A stretch of DNA of 62,986 bases, the filler included, from Pelomyxa schiedti (taxonomy: Eukaryota; Protista; Evosea): the NCBI GenBank assembly GCA_020536535.1. It is 12 parts of 12 records of this genome, joined end to end, with 100 filler letters (N's around TTAATTAATTAA, not from the genome) between each part and the next. Parts side by side here need not be neighbours in the genome. Positions count along the whole stretch, not along the records: positions 14,495 to 29,167 come from JAHLWZ010000109.1; positions 29,268 to 33,003 come from JAHLWZ010001695.1; positions 33,104 to 39,277 come from JAHLWZ010001444.1; 9 more parts are not named here. The stretch is one strand, 5' to 3'. The translations under genes and the position numbers were made by a program. Below, in pieces: positions 23,117-34,694 of this stretch; the stretch's first letter is position 1, and the number at the start of each line of letters is the position of its first letter. Below the pieces are notes generated by a model. That model ran no database searches, had not been told where the DNA came from, and saw only the letters and a list, made by a program, of their open reading frames with translations.

Positions 23117-24887
23117 ATGGCGACGCGCACGCCGAGGGGGCCGTCGTTGTCGCCGACGCCGGGGGTGGGGACACCTCGTGGGGGCCAGGGCTGCGGCGAC
23201 GACGCGGACACGAGACCGTGCAGGCTGGAGATCGACAGCGACGTAATGTACAAATACCGCAAGTATAATGTACGTAAACTCTCTCTCTCCCACTCTCTCT
23301 ACCCAACCCTCTGCCTGCACCCACCCTCGTATTTTTTTTTTTCTTTCCCCCCCGCTTATGAAAGGAAAGATGAAGGTAATTGTGGGACGTAGGTGGCGTG
23401 TAGCTGCCGACGTTTCTCCTTCGGAAATTGCGAAGCAAGTACTGTCAGGAAGCTGGCTCAAATTTGGCTCCTTTGAAAGTACATTTTGTATTACTATCTT
23501 TTGCTCAACATACAACTATTTTTTTTTTTTTAGAGAGCTATAAAACGTTATTGACGCATTTACTCTAGGTGCCACTTGTCCAAAATGTTGTCCTAAGGGT
23601 GCACCACCCCTGGAAATCAAGCTTCTTTCCCTGCCGGACATTGAAGTCAGTGATAGGGCTAGTGACCCATGTGTCACTGACACACTGGTTTTTGAATTGA
23701 CAACTCGGTGCACGTCAACGAGGTTAGTAGGACTCACTAGGTCTCTTCTGCTTCTTATGAATTATAGGGAACACCTACGGGCTCAAATAGTTTTTGTTGT
23801 CACAGGGATTAAAGATATTCCCCCATTGGTATCAAGACCAATAGCTTTAAGAGCCAGAAATCACAAATCATCAAGGAATGTAACCAACAAACCAAAGGCC
23901 ACACCAGCACCCAACAAACCCTCTTCATATCCAACTCGTTGCTCACCTGTACAGTCACCCTCTCCACTACCCTTGTGCAGCAGCCCGCCTCGTAAGTCAC
24001 CCTCATACAGACTGCCATGCGACACAATTCTCTGCTTTACTCCAAGGCAGATGCCACCCACAACAGAACCCTGCATAGTACCCCGTTTACCCGAGCTACC
24101 GTCTCGGCAGTATGTCACCAACCTAGGAACTGCCCACCCTTCCAGTATTTCACCTCCCATGTGTCACAATGAGGTGTCCATGTGTGGGGACGACGAGCTC
24201 CTTCCTCCAAACGTTCAACCTGTTGTTGATAGCCGCTCTGTCTCCCAATGTACTAGTTATCCTTTCCTATCTAAAGTAATTTTCGATAGTACCACAGTGC
24301 ACAATTGCAGTCATTCCAGAAAGATTCATCCCTCGTATGTACGTTAAAAAAACACAGTCATACTTAGCAGGAACAGGTCCCACAATTTTTGTTGTATTTC
24401 TTGAAACTACCGCCGAAAACTGGAATAAAATGCTCTCAATAGCACAAGCCACAATCCCTGTTCAGATAGTCCGGCTAGCCCGTACATATATACTCCTCCT
24501 TTTTGTCTCATGCCTTTTCCTGACATAACCGCAGCGTCCAACATCTACGTAGTAACTGAAACTCATACCTCGGCCGAGGCTCTTCTGCAGTCATTACTTG
24601 ACCGCGCACCATTTATCCATTACAACAACCCCTTCAACGTTGATCTTTCCAAGCCAAACAAGTTCTTCCGGGTCATTGGTTGGTGTTCAAACCAACTGAG
24701 GGGCTCTCCCCGCACCACAAATACCAACTCCAACGCCAACGCCAACGCCAACGCCAACGCCAACGCCAACGCCAACGCCAACGCCAACGCCAACGCCAAC
24801 GCCAACGCCAACGCCAACGCCAACACAAATACAAACACTAGTACCTACACATGCAACAGTAGCCCCCCAGCCGTTTATCAACTGTAG
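23117..24887 (+). CDS. CudA-like (STAT-related DNA-binding domain) transcription factor
   Basis: CPKCC, CTSTR..HLR and SRPIALRARN motifs resemble the Dictyostelium CudA core, from recall. Confidence 0.55.
24731..24825 (+). repeat. (CAACGC)n microsatellite encoding an Asn-Ala repeat
   Basis: About 15 perfect hexamers in the last exon. Confidence 0.95.
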
Positions 24888-24911
24888 ATAGTTGTGTGAG
24901 TAACAAAGTCA

Positions 24912-27900
24912 TTAAAACAAGAATTTTCTCTTTGGTTTTTCAGTGTGTGTTGTTGGGTTTTGCGGCGCTTGTGTCGTTAGTGCGTTCCATATGCTTGTGT
25001 AGGCTCTCTGTGTTTGTGTTTGTTATTAATGGTAAAAAAACGGCATAAGAATGCAGTAGAACCTTGGCTTGTTCTTGATCCTGTGGACTCATATCCTGTA
25101 CACGTTTTTTGTAGCAAGCCTCTATCTGCGGCCTGTGAGTGTTGAGTCTCCGAATCTGAAAATAGACAATTAGGAATGGCGGCTTTTATTTGTAGAATCT
25201 CACAAGAACTGCAAGGAACTTAATCTCATCCTCGGTAGATATTACACTATGGAGTTCATCTGGCGGTCCTATGGCCCGTGGCTCCTACGCGTTGGTAAGT
25301 GTCATTAAAAGGAACTGGAGGAAATAAAACATAATGTAATAATATATTATTACAAACTAATAGTTTTTCAATGAAGACATCAAGGGCGGCCCCGAGATTG
25401 GTAGTAAAGTACGGTTTTAACGAACAGAATACTTTCTCATCCAAGGTACTACGAAAATCTTTAGAATTTCGCGTTATTCTACAGTATGATTTATACTCGT
25501 AGTCTTTTCTTCGGTTCACAAGTGTTTGAACCACTTTCGCGATTGTTGACAGAATTTTAAATGCTTCGGGATTGACCTCTTGAACACATAAGCAAAAGAG
25601 TGAGAACAGAAGAATCAAACCAGTAGAAAGATAGCACTTCTCCGGGTTACATAATGCATACCCAATGAAACGAAGGAAAAAAATTGCAACTATACACAGG
25701 CTAGGAGGGAAGCCGTTGGCCTCAACGACAGGCTTTATTCCCTGAAAAACCTTTCGGATATTCCTAGGACTGATTACTAAAAGAAATAGGGAGTGTAAGA
25801 TACAAAGGCACACGCTCAACAGATGAACAGAGAGACATAACAATTGATTCCACAACAGCAGCTAGCCTTGCTCTGTTTGCATCCAAGTTCTCTTCTTGTG
25901 CGGGGCCAGAACTTCTTGGGTTAGAAGGCATTAAGGGAGTGAGGCTGGAAGGACCTTGAATTAAGTCTGTTCAAAATTTAGAAAGATTGTGAAGGACTTG
26001 GTCCATACGTTGCTGCTGCTGCTCTACCAGGGTCAATATCATAGTTGTTGGGATTAGATACAACAGTATTTAAAATCGAGCCCAGAGTATTTCCCAAGTA
26101 AGCATATCCAATTAGACGGAAATAATGCCCCACAAGATTAGTGGCAGCTGTATTTGTACGAAAAAGGACATTGGTAGAGCCTGCAGAGGGTAAGTCGCTG
26201 AGTAACTTGGTGGTTACTGACCTTTATCGGTTTGCTCAATGTCATTAATTAGCAGCTGGACAATTAAGCCATGAATGCAATTATATTGATTCAAGAGTCT
26301 CACGACAGCAACAGCTGCGCCATCATCCACCTTAAGGGCTTCGCACAAAGGTACAAGGACAGCAGGCATTTTGAGCATCTAGGCATAATTAGAACCCTGT
26401 CTACAAAAGACTACGCACAGGAAATATGGTGTGGAAGAATGTCTTTGCTATTTGATAATCTGAATTGCGTTCTGTGGAGGTAATGAAGTTGTATGCAAAC
26501 GTTATCTGACCGGTTCCTCCTGATGACATTTTGAAGGCCTGTTTGTTGAATTCTCTGTTCATCTGTAAGCACGAGAAAGCAGAGAAATTTTAACAACTTT
26601 GATTTGCAGGATGACACATCAACATGGAAAGGAAATGTTCCCATAAGTTCATTTGATATAATCCTGTTGTATGAAGTAAGATCAAGTTGCATGTGCACGT
26701 TGATGCTATCCATAAGTTCCATAGAAAATTCTTCTTCCCTTATGACTTAATTAAAACGAGTGACAAAGAGATTAACTACCAGATGGGACTCGTTTCTTGC
26801 CACACAGTTTTCGTTTTGAATTTAACAGCATCCCCCAACTTTATTGCAGTGAATGCATTTGGAAGCCTGGTCCCTTTGAGTGACAAATTGGATGCCCCAA
26901 TTACTATTTCCTAGTTAAAGCCAACTCGCACGGGTTGGGAGATACTTCGTATAGTAAGAAGTCCCGTAGTGTAACAATTCTCAAAATACCGCACCACAGT
27001 GGCTGTAATGATCACATTACTCACACAAGTAACACAGATTAACAGAACAAAGAACAAAGAGCACATACCACTGCCACCATAAGCAGTAGGCGGTGTGTAT
27101 CCCATTCCCGGATTAGCCGGCGTCGTGGAACCATTCGACATCTGTGACAATGACATTGGAGTGGACAGCTGAGCCAGGGTCAGCCCCGGCGTCGCAGAAG
27201 CGGCGGGTGTGGGTGTGGGTGTAGACTTGGGAGGAGGCACAGAAGCCCGGTGGAAGGCCGTGGGCGGCGTCGGCAGCGGGGCGTTGGGAGGCGGCGGCGA
27301 GGTGGGCTTGGCCGGGGGAGGGGGAGCCGTGCGCGGCGGGATTGTCTGCGAGTCGTACGAGACCCCGCGCACGGGGGCGCTGAGCCTCGCGGGGCGCGGG
27401 GGGGTGGCCGGCGGCGGGGGGTGCGCCGATGGCGGGGGCGCCGGGTGTGGGGGAGCCTGGGGGCTGGTGTTGGTGGGCGGGGGGCTGCCGTTGGAGGGCA
27501 GCGGAGGGGGCGGCGTGCCGGGGAGGGACGGCGGCGGGTGCGCGGGCGGCGGGGACGTGCACGTGGGCGGCGGGGATGCCACTAGTGGAGAAGGAGATTC
27601 GGGCGTGGTCGCTGTGTAGTCTTGGTGTGGTGGGGGCGATGCGGGCGGCGTTGTCTCTGCCACAGGTACTATCTGTGGTGAAACTTCCGCCCACAGCTCA
27701 AGTACGTGGGCTTCGAACGCGTTCAACACGGCGCGCAACTCCTAAGCGCAATAAACACGAACGTTCCCATCATAAAAAAAAACAAAAAAAAAAGGGGGGG
27801 AGTTGAAAGGAAGGGGAATGGAGTAACCAGGAACCATTTCGGAAGTGATCTGCCGGGGGAGTACGCCTAACTTTTGGCAGCAGTCAACCCACTCGGACCA

Positions 27901-27954
27901 TCTGGGCCCACCGCCGTTCGTACACACGCCGTTGTCGCTTACCCCGGTGCTCAT
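24912..27954 (-). CDS. RasGAP with proline-rich N-terminus and C2-like region (multi-exon)
   Basis: LFRTNTAAT, IFFLRFIGYALCNP, IAKVVQTLVN. Confidence 0.85.
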
Positions 27955-28069
27955 TGCTTATTGCCCAAAAAGAAAACACTTGTGCCTTTTCCGCACCAAA
28001 CCGTTGATTGGTTCCTCAAATCTCGCCTGATGTGCGCCGAATGTGGGGATCTGATGGCGGCTGTCTCGT

Positions 28070-29167
28070 TTACAGACCTGAAAGGGCAAGGGTGGCGAGA
28101 ACCACAGAGGTGCTGGCGTCCTGGAATGTGAGCCTCAGTCCTTCAGGCGTGAGGATGACACGGCTGGATGTGGCAATCACGCTGCTTGGTGCATGGACAT
28201 ACATGATCCTGTCTGTGATGGATTGCAGGGGGGTACAGAGGTCCGCTGTGCTGAAGACATTGTAGGTCCCGGAAGAGGTCAACTCGGCCACAGACTCACA
28301 GCCAACAACTGACACAACAGAGTTGACAGGGAAGTGGTGGCGGTGCTCTGTTTGTGGGTTGTACAACATGTAAGTGTGCATTCTGCTCGGTGCAAGTGGC
28401 TTGTGTGAGGCGATGGATTCCTTGCTGTACCTATTCCTTGGTCGCATTAACGCGTGTAGAGTGAGGATTGATCCATTGCACATCACTGTGGCAACGGGGC
28501 GTCTTGGAACCACAAGCTTTTTGGTGATAACGAGGGCCTTGGCCTGAAAAGTTGACCTCAGGTCCACAAAACAAACAATCCCAACATCCATGTTGTTGAA
28601 CAGCGCGATTTCATTCTCCACAGCTCCCACAAATGTACCCTCCACATAACACTCAGATGCACCATAGTACACACGAACTCCAACATCCTGAGGCTGTTTC
28701 TCAGAGTAACAGCGGAATCCCTCAAGTCTGTGTATCCACAGGCCATCCAATACTCCCACCACAAGCCATTTCGGGTCACACCTCACAAATAGAATGTCCG
28801 CTTGTCCCACAGACGCAAATTGTGGGAGCTTCACAGAGCCAGTTCCATCCACCACCATAAACTCAATTTCATGAGTCTCACTCACCGCGTACTCAGAAGC
28901 CAAAAACATCGTTTCCTTTGGTGTTTTTCGCCTGTTCTCTTCTTCACTTCCATTGCCACCCACGTCCAGGCGACAACAATCACCATCACCATAACACCCA
29001 TTTCTAGCAGCACTGACATCATCAACAAGTGACAGGAGGTGGAAATTCTGACTGGTTGCGAACACGTGGCTGCGGACCACGCCGAGCGTCGGGGACACGC
29101 TGAACCACACGTGCAGCTGCCTGCAAGCCCGCCCCGCGACCGACGCCCTGAACGACTGCACAAAGTG
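28070..29167 (-). CDS. Lineage-expanded intronless hypothetical protein (SPTLG family), 5'-truncated
   Basis: VSPTLGVV, KWLVV, FVDL, VFSTADL and FQDxxT motifs shared with 29976-31571. Confidence 0.7.
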   Translation of the reverse strand, partial: HFVQSFRASVAGRACRQLHVWFSVSPTLGVVRSHVFATSQNFHLLSLVDDVSAARNGCYGDGDCCRLDVGGNGSEEENRRKTPKETMFLASEYAVSETHEIEFMVVDGTGSVKLPQFASVGQADILFVRCDPKWLVVGVLDGLWIHRLEGFRCYSEKQPQDVGVRVYYGASECYVEGTFVGAVENEIALFNNMDVGIVCFVDLRSTFQAKALVITKKLVVPRRPVATVMCNGSILTLHALMRPRNRYSKESIASHKPLAPSRMHTYMLYNPQTEHRHHFPVNSVVSVVGCESVAELTSSGTYNVFSTADLCTPLQSITDRIMYVHAPSSVIATSSRVILTPEGLRLTFQDASTSVVLATLALSGL

Positions 29168-29394
29168 NNNNNNNNNNNNNNNNNNNNNNNNNNNNNNNNN
29201 NNNNNNNNNNNTTAATTAATTAANNNNNNNNNNNNNNNNNNNNNNNNNNNNNNNNNNNNNNNNNNNNTTCCTGCGTTTTGCTGACTCTCCACCCAACTTA
29301 GAATTGTACAAAGCAGTTCCTGGATTGGATTGCGGTTGTGGCTAGCAGGTTAGGGCTCTCCCTGTTGTGAGAAGTCATCATTACTGTCATTGCC

Positions 29395-29970
29395 ATGCCC
29401 TTTTCTGCAAATCCGAAATTTCCAGATGTGTCTGCTGCATATTACACTGAGCTGTGCTTCTCTGCAGGTCTTTACTACGATGTTCCAAATAATTCAGGTC
29501 GAGATTCGTACAGAGTCCGCAGAGTGTCCAGAGAGCTAAAGCTCGTGTACTTGCAAAAGTACACAGATTGCAGTGGCCATTCAATACGACCCTGTTTTGG
29601 CAGCAACAAGTTGCCCTTGTTGTTTGCTTGCCTACTGTACTTGCAAGTACATAGTTTCCTTCTTTTCTTCTCAGTAACCAATCACAGTCAGTGTCTATGC
29701 CACTGTGGGGATTTTGCCCCTGAAGCACATGAGTTTTGGTTGGATTCTGAGAGAGTTGCCTACAATCGTATAGTGCAAGACCGACTCCAAAAGACCAAAA
29801 AAGAACAAGAAGCATCTACAAGGGTTGCAGCTATGCATCAGTTCCCTGTCTTGCAGAATATGCTGAAAGTGGCTGCAACCAAGAATGCCCAGGCAATGAA
29901 GGTGCTACCTGTGGAGATGTCAGAGGCAATGCGAGGTTTGGCTGGGGGGACTAACATGTTATACAGCTAA
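29395..29970 (+). CDS. Hypothetical protein, 3' exons
   Basis: ORF with intron-like pyrimidine tracts; no family recognised. Confidence 0.35.
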   Translation: MPFSANPKFPDVSAAYYTELCFSAGLYYDVPNNSGRDSYRVRRVSRELKLVYLQKYTDCSGHSIRPCFGSNKLPLLFACLLYLQVHSFLLFFSVTNHSQCLCHCGDFAPEAHEFWLDSERVAYNRIVQDRLQKTKKEQEASTRVAAMHQFPVLQNMLKVAATKNAQAMKVLPVEMSEAMRGLAGGTNMLYS

Positions 29971-29975
29971 CTAGT

Positions 29976-31571
29976 TTGCAGGTCCACTGCCTGAATCGGC
30001 TCTCACCCAATGCTATAATCCCAGAAGAAAGGAACCGCTTTGTATTCACCTTCTTCCAACAAATTGAATCTCTTTCACCAACTTGCGCGTTACGCCAAGT
30101 CACCACGGACAACCAGACTAAATTTTTATTTATTTATTTACTTGTAAAACCAGCTCCACACGAAAAAAACAGCGGAGACAAACCTGAGGACACGGTTATG
30201 GACCAACACTGCACCAGTGGACCGTTCAAAATTGAACGGGTGTTGGACGCACGCTCACAGTTCGTTGCGTTGGCATGCGGTGCCATGATACCACGTTGTG
30301 GTCGTGGTGTTGGCGTTGTTGGTGATGGCACAACAACCCACGTCTGGCCCCTCTCCGCGGTGAGGCTCCTGTCCAACGCCACTGACGTGTTGGTGAGCCA
30401 CATTGGGACCAAGTGGGTTGTTCCAGAAGAGACGTGGCAGCAGCAGCAGCGGCGAGCCATTGGCTTCAGTGTATGTGGCAGCGACCCACTCCCGTGCGGT
30501 GACTGCTGCCTCATCGTCTTTGTTGGTCTGTCACCCACGCTCGGGGTGGTGTGGCACCGCGTGCACGTGTTCGGTGGCTCGGACTTTGGCTCGGCGTCGC
30601 CGTGCTCGAACCGTGTGAACATTGGGTGCTACCTTGGCTGCGGGAGGTGGCTCGCCTCGTTTGACAGGTCCAGTGTTGTTGGTGTTGTTGAGGGCCAGCC
30701 TCTTTTTGCAATGGCTGAGGACGACGGCAGGATGATGGTGGCAACATCTGAGTTGCGATGGTCTGTGTCTCTATCTGACTTTGAGAGCAATGGCAAGTGG
30801 TTGGTCCTGTCCAAAAACTGTCAATACCTGCAGGTGTGGAGGCTTGACGGCGGCCTGCCTGTTGGGCACTGTAAGTGCTGGGAGTTGAGAGGGATTATCT
30901 CCGGCACCTTCTCAGTTTGCGTGAGGTTCAACCCTCTGGGATGCAACAGCCACCATGGCGACGAAGTGGTTGTTGCTACCATTGAGACATCGGATGTCAC
31001 CAAGTATGTTGACACCACAGAGCTGCTGTTCGTTGACCTGCAGGCAAGCTGTGTGGGTGGGCATCTGGCCCTAACCAGAAGCATGATTATCCGAGATACA
31101 AGAGTTGTTGACTTCCAGTGGGTGTCCCATGACGAATTCCTCCTTCTCTGCTGGTCAAAAACTGGCTTTGAGCTGCAAGCTGTTGTAAATGGCCACGAGG
31201 CAGGTGGGAAAGTACTATTCCCAGAGCCAAAATACACAAGTTTGCAGTTCATACAACCAGCACATGTACTTGCACGAACAAAGGCGAGGAGTGGAGAACA
31301 TGTCAGCAGGAGTTCTGAAGTTTACTCCACCTCAAACTTGAGTGAGCCCCTGCACCTGCCAACACATGCTGCAATGCTGTATCTTCACTTAGGCGTGGTT
31401 GTATTCACCAGTGAAGATGCCCACACTGTGAGACATAATTTCCAGGATGTCGGGACAGGCACAGTTCTGTTTGCCATAACACGCACCAATAATGTGCCCC
31501 CCAACACAAAAGGCACAATGGCACCACGTCCCTCCTCCCCGCACTGGCCTCCCCTTGGAGATCGTTCTTAA
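29976..31571 (+). CDS. Lineage-expanded hypothetical protein (SPTLG family); true start probably near 30198
   Basis: ARSQFVALAC, LSPTLGVV, NGKWLV, FVDL, FQDVGTG. Confidence 0.75.
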   Translation: MQVHCLNRLSPNAIIPEERNRFVFTFFQQIESLSPTCALRQVTTDNQTKFLFIYLLVKPAPHEKNSGDKPEDTVMDQHCTSGPFKIERVLDARSQFVALACGAMIPRCGRGVGVVGDGTTTHVWPLSAVRLLSNATDVLVSHIGTKWVVPEETWQQQQRRAIGFSVCGSDPLPCGDCCLIVFVGLSPTLGVVWHRVHVFGGSDFGSASPCSNRVNIGCYLGCGRWLASFDRSSVVGVVEGQPLFAMAEDDGRMMVATSELRWSVSLSDFESNGKWLVLSKNCQYLQVWRLDGGLPVGHCKCWELRGIISGTFSVCVRFNPLGCNSHHGDEVVVATIETSDVTKYVDTTELLFVDLQASCVGGHLALTRSMIIRDTRVVDFQWVSHDEFLLLCWSKTGFELQAVVNGHEAGGKVLFPEPKYTSLQFIQPAHVLARTKARSGEHVSRSSEVYSTSNLSEPLHLPTHAAMLYLHLGVVVFTSEDAHTVRHNFQDVGTGTVLFAITRTNNVPPNTKGTMAPRPSSPHWPPLGDRS

Positions 31572-32516
31572 CACGCCACCAGTTAGGATGATTCCAGCCC
31601 CCTCCTCCCCATGTACTTTCAGAAAGCAAACAATTTTTTTTCTTTTGCCTGAAGTTGAAAACCAACTTCAGGCCAGGCCACATCATGGAGAGGTGCAGGT
31701 TGGGAATGTGGAAGCGTGGAGTGAGAGCAAGAGTGAGAGCAAGAGTGAGAGCGAGAGCAAGGGGTGTTAGTGCCGAAGTGGATGCAGAAGTAAACCCTGA
31801 CATTGCTAAAGACCTAAATGCGTAACTAGTTGCTTTAATTTTAATATAGACTTATTTAAATAAAATAAAAAAGTAAATTAACCAGATAATTCCATATTTT
31901 ACGAAATCAAATTACTTTGAATTTCTTACTTTAATTTTCTTAAGAATAGAAAAGTCACGAAATAAATGACAAATAAATGTAAATTAATTTATTATTTACC
32001 AAACAAACGCAAAAGCGAACTGTATGTATTCAGAGATAAAACAATTAAACAGGGCACGACGAGTGATGGAAAAGGGAACACAAAACAAATGGGAGGGAAG
32101 CAAGGGTACCGGTTGTACCTCCTCCCCACTCATAGTGTCATGGTCTCCCCTCGTGGGAATCGATTTTTTTGAAGGTTGTGGCGATAATCAAAGACGCAAG
32201 TCTCCTCACAAGTAGGCACAACCCCAAACATGCCATTTATGTCAGTACAGCGTCGCCGCGGCGGGACCCGATTCAACGAACACACACGCCGCGCTGCCGC
32301 CGCGGCGCCGCGGCAACCGCCCCGCGGCACAAAACATCAACAAATCCGGGAAGATCGGGCCGCTTCACCCTGCCTTGCTCACTAAAAAATTCTGTTTTTC
32401 TCATTTGACTTGCCCCCCCGGTGTACGATTTGTTTTTGTTGGTGGTTTCTGACGACAACATACTTTGAGTTATCAATTGACACACCAACACAGGCGGCGT
32501 GTGAAAAAGTGCATGG

Positions 32517-32585
32517 TGCTGGGTGTCGTTCTGAACGTCGTGTGTGACCATGTTTCTCCCAAAGACCTTGGGTGCCAGGACACCG
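32517..32585. repeat. Dispersed repeat shared with 47645-47762
   Basis: Identical 21-mer TCGTTCTGAACGTCGTGTGTG at 32526 and 47654, plus TTGGGTG(C/T)CAGGACA. Confidence 0.7.
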
Positions 32586-32652
32586 TTCTGGAGGTTGGTA
32601 TGGTTCCATGGTTTCTACTTGTTTTTTTTTGTTTATAATTCTTGCAGGCTAC

Positions 32653-33003
32653 TTAGAAGTTCTCAGGTAAAAGAGAATAGGAGCAGTAGATTTTGAACTC
32701 CTTCGCACCCAACACAGAGAAGGATGCAACATGAACTCCAGAGAGTGCGTCCACGCATTTTACCAGCTGGTTTCCATTGGTGAACAGAAATCCAGATCCC
32801 CAAATGACCTGTTGTTGCTGAGGTCCATCCCACTCTCGCACCAGCTTGTTTGATCCTGTCTCGAACACACTGAAGTGTGTCTCAGGCCTCCCTCTCACTG
32901 GGCACTCAACAGCGTAGTGTGTGTCACCAACTGGTGTCATTTCAGTGTGTAAAATGGTGAGCACTCCACTGGCAACATCCTGAATCACTGTTAATGGTTT
33001 CCG
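32653..33003 (-). CDS. C-terminus of another probable member of the expanded family
   Basis: IQDVASG and CVDALSGVHV resemble the family C-terminus. Confidence 0.5.
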   Translation of the reverse strand, partial: RKPLTVIQDVASGVLTILHTEMTPVGDTHYAVECPVRGRPETHFSVFETGSNKLVREWDGPQQQQVIWGSGFLFTNGNQLVKCVDALSGVHVASFSVLGAKEFKIYCSYSLLPENF

Positions 33004-33103
33004 NNNNNNNNNNNNNNNNNNNNNNNNNNNNNNNNNNNNNNNNNNNNTTAATTAATTAANNNNNNNNNNNNNNNNNNNNNNNNNNNNNNNNNNNNNNNNN
33101 NNN

Positions 33104-34501
33104 TGTGACATGTTGGATATTTGCGGGGATTCCAGGTTGGAAAGCGGTGGCTGCTGGTGCAGAGGGGAGGGAGGCGGTGATGGGGAGAAGGTTGGTCCTT
33201 GTGGTGGGTTGACGGAAAACGTGTGTGGTGGAAGAGGACTTTTCTCAAACATTGAGTTTGGTGGGGGAGACTTGCTGCTGTTGAACTTGCGGTGCTGGTG
33301 TCTGTGTCTTGGTGGCGATTTGGAATTCAGCAGCTTGGCTTGTGGAGGGTATTTCTGTGGTCCACTGAGAAACGGAAGAGGAGATGGGGTAGGCGACAGT
33401 GGGGAATTATATTGAGAGGGCAGTTGGTTCTGGGTATATGATAAGTTGCCACTTTGTGGAGGTGTCTGATATTGTGTTAGGGATTCCGCCAACACCGTTT
33501 CGAGGGGAATTTTTCTGGCGCCAGCAAGAGCTATCAGCCTGGTATTGGCCGTCTCATGTTCATGAACAACCTGCAGTACAAACGCAATTAGAGAAGAAAA
33601 ATCGAAAAATATAATGGGGAGGGAGCGGAAGTGAACCCATATGTGCTTGTTGTACTTTGTTTTCGCTTTTTCAACTGCAGAGTAGTAATCACCATCCCCA
33701 ACAACAAGAACAATCTGGTAGTAACGTGAATGGGACTAGGAGGAATGGGACCAACTTCTTGGATATCGTCATTAAACGCGCCAGAATCAAGTACCGTCAC
33801 TGCAATTTCAACGTCCAGAGCACCTCCACTGAAGTTATATTTGAAAGAACATTCGGGACACAAAATTTCCTGAGAATGTTTGTTGAGTGATGTACCAAGA
33901 GAATGAAATCATACAGATCTGCTGGATCGAGGGGTGCAATCCAGTGTCTGCCACCCAAAAGTAGGCATCCTGGCTCGTTTGCTTTCCTTCAGTTGTTAGA
34001 TAATCGCAGTGGAAACGCGGAATAGAATATACCGAGGGATCCACACTACGAAGGTTAGTCTTGTGGGAACAAATAAAGAAAAACGCACTATATCTTGTCC
34101 AGGAAAAGAGTGCCTACTCTGGATTCAATTGACTGGACAAATAGGTCCAATGAAACATCCCGTCCACCCACCTAAAAAAAAAAAATGAGAAAGACATTTA
34201 CAACTAGTGTATTTTATATCTTCTATATCTTTTTCATGTTTCTCTAATGATAACAACAACAACAACAACAAACACATACAGCGGCCGTGAAGAACGGACC
34301 ATCGACGATCAGCAACCCCTTTCCCATAACTCGGTTTGCGGGACCAACCGTGGTTGGTGGCTGAGGCGTCGTGCTCATCATCATTTGTTGTTGAAAGCCG
34401 GGATCAACAGGCCCCATTATGGGAGCACCACCTCCCACAATCCCTGCTTGCTGCTGATAGTTGGCGTTGCTTACGACTACGTTCCCGCTGTTGTGGTACA
34501 T
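33104..34501 (-). CDS. NYN (PIN-like, LabA/DUF88) ribonuclease domain protein with Pro/Gln-rich tail, truncated
   Basis: Spliced motifs LLIVDGP, GALDVEIA and IVLVVGDGDYYSAVEKAK. Confidence 0.75.
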
Positions 34502-34694
34502 GATTCACACGTGCGAACGGAAACACGAAATTGAATCTCCTGTCTCTAATCAAGAATCCCAATTCCACTGTGTCCCCTACTTCCAACTCAAACTGCACAT
34601 TTCCCCTGAGCAGCCTCAGATCACCAGCCAGGCCACTCTACAAAAGTGAAACAGAGTTTTCTGGAATTCCAGCAGCGGTTGGGTTGGCAGGCTA

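Noticed and set aside
27113-27806. Overlapping antisense and alternate-frame ORFs in GC-rich exons (also at 382-1169, 20489-21049, 42672-43366)
   Set aside because: Shadow ORFs of Pro/Gly-rich coding sequence
34404-34598. SH2-like GFLIR motif on the minus strand
   Set aside because: Lies upstream of the NYN start codon with no other SH2 features
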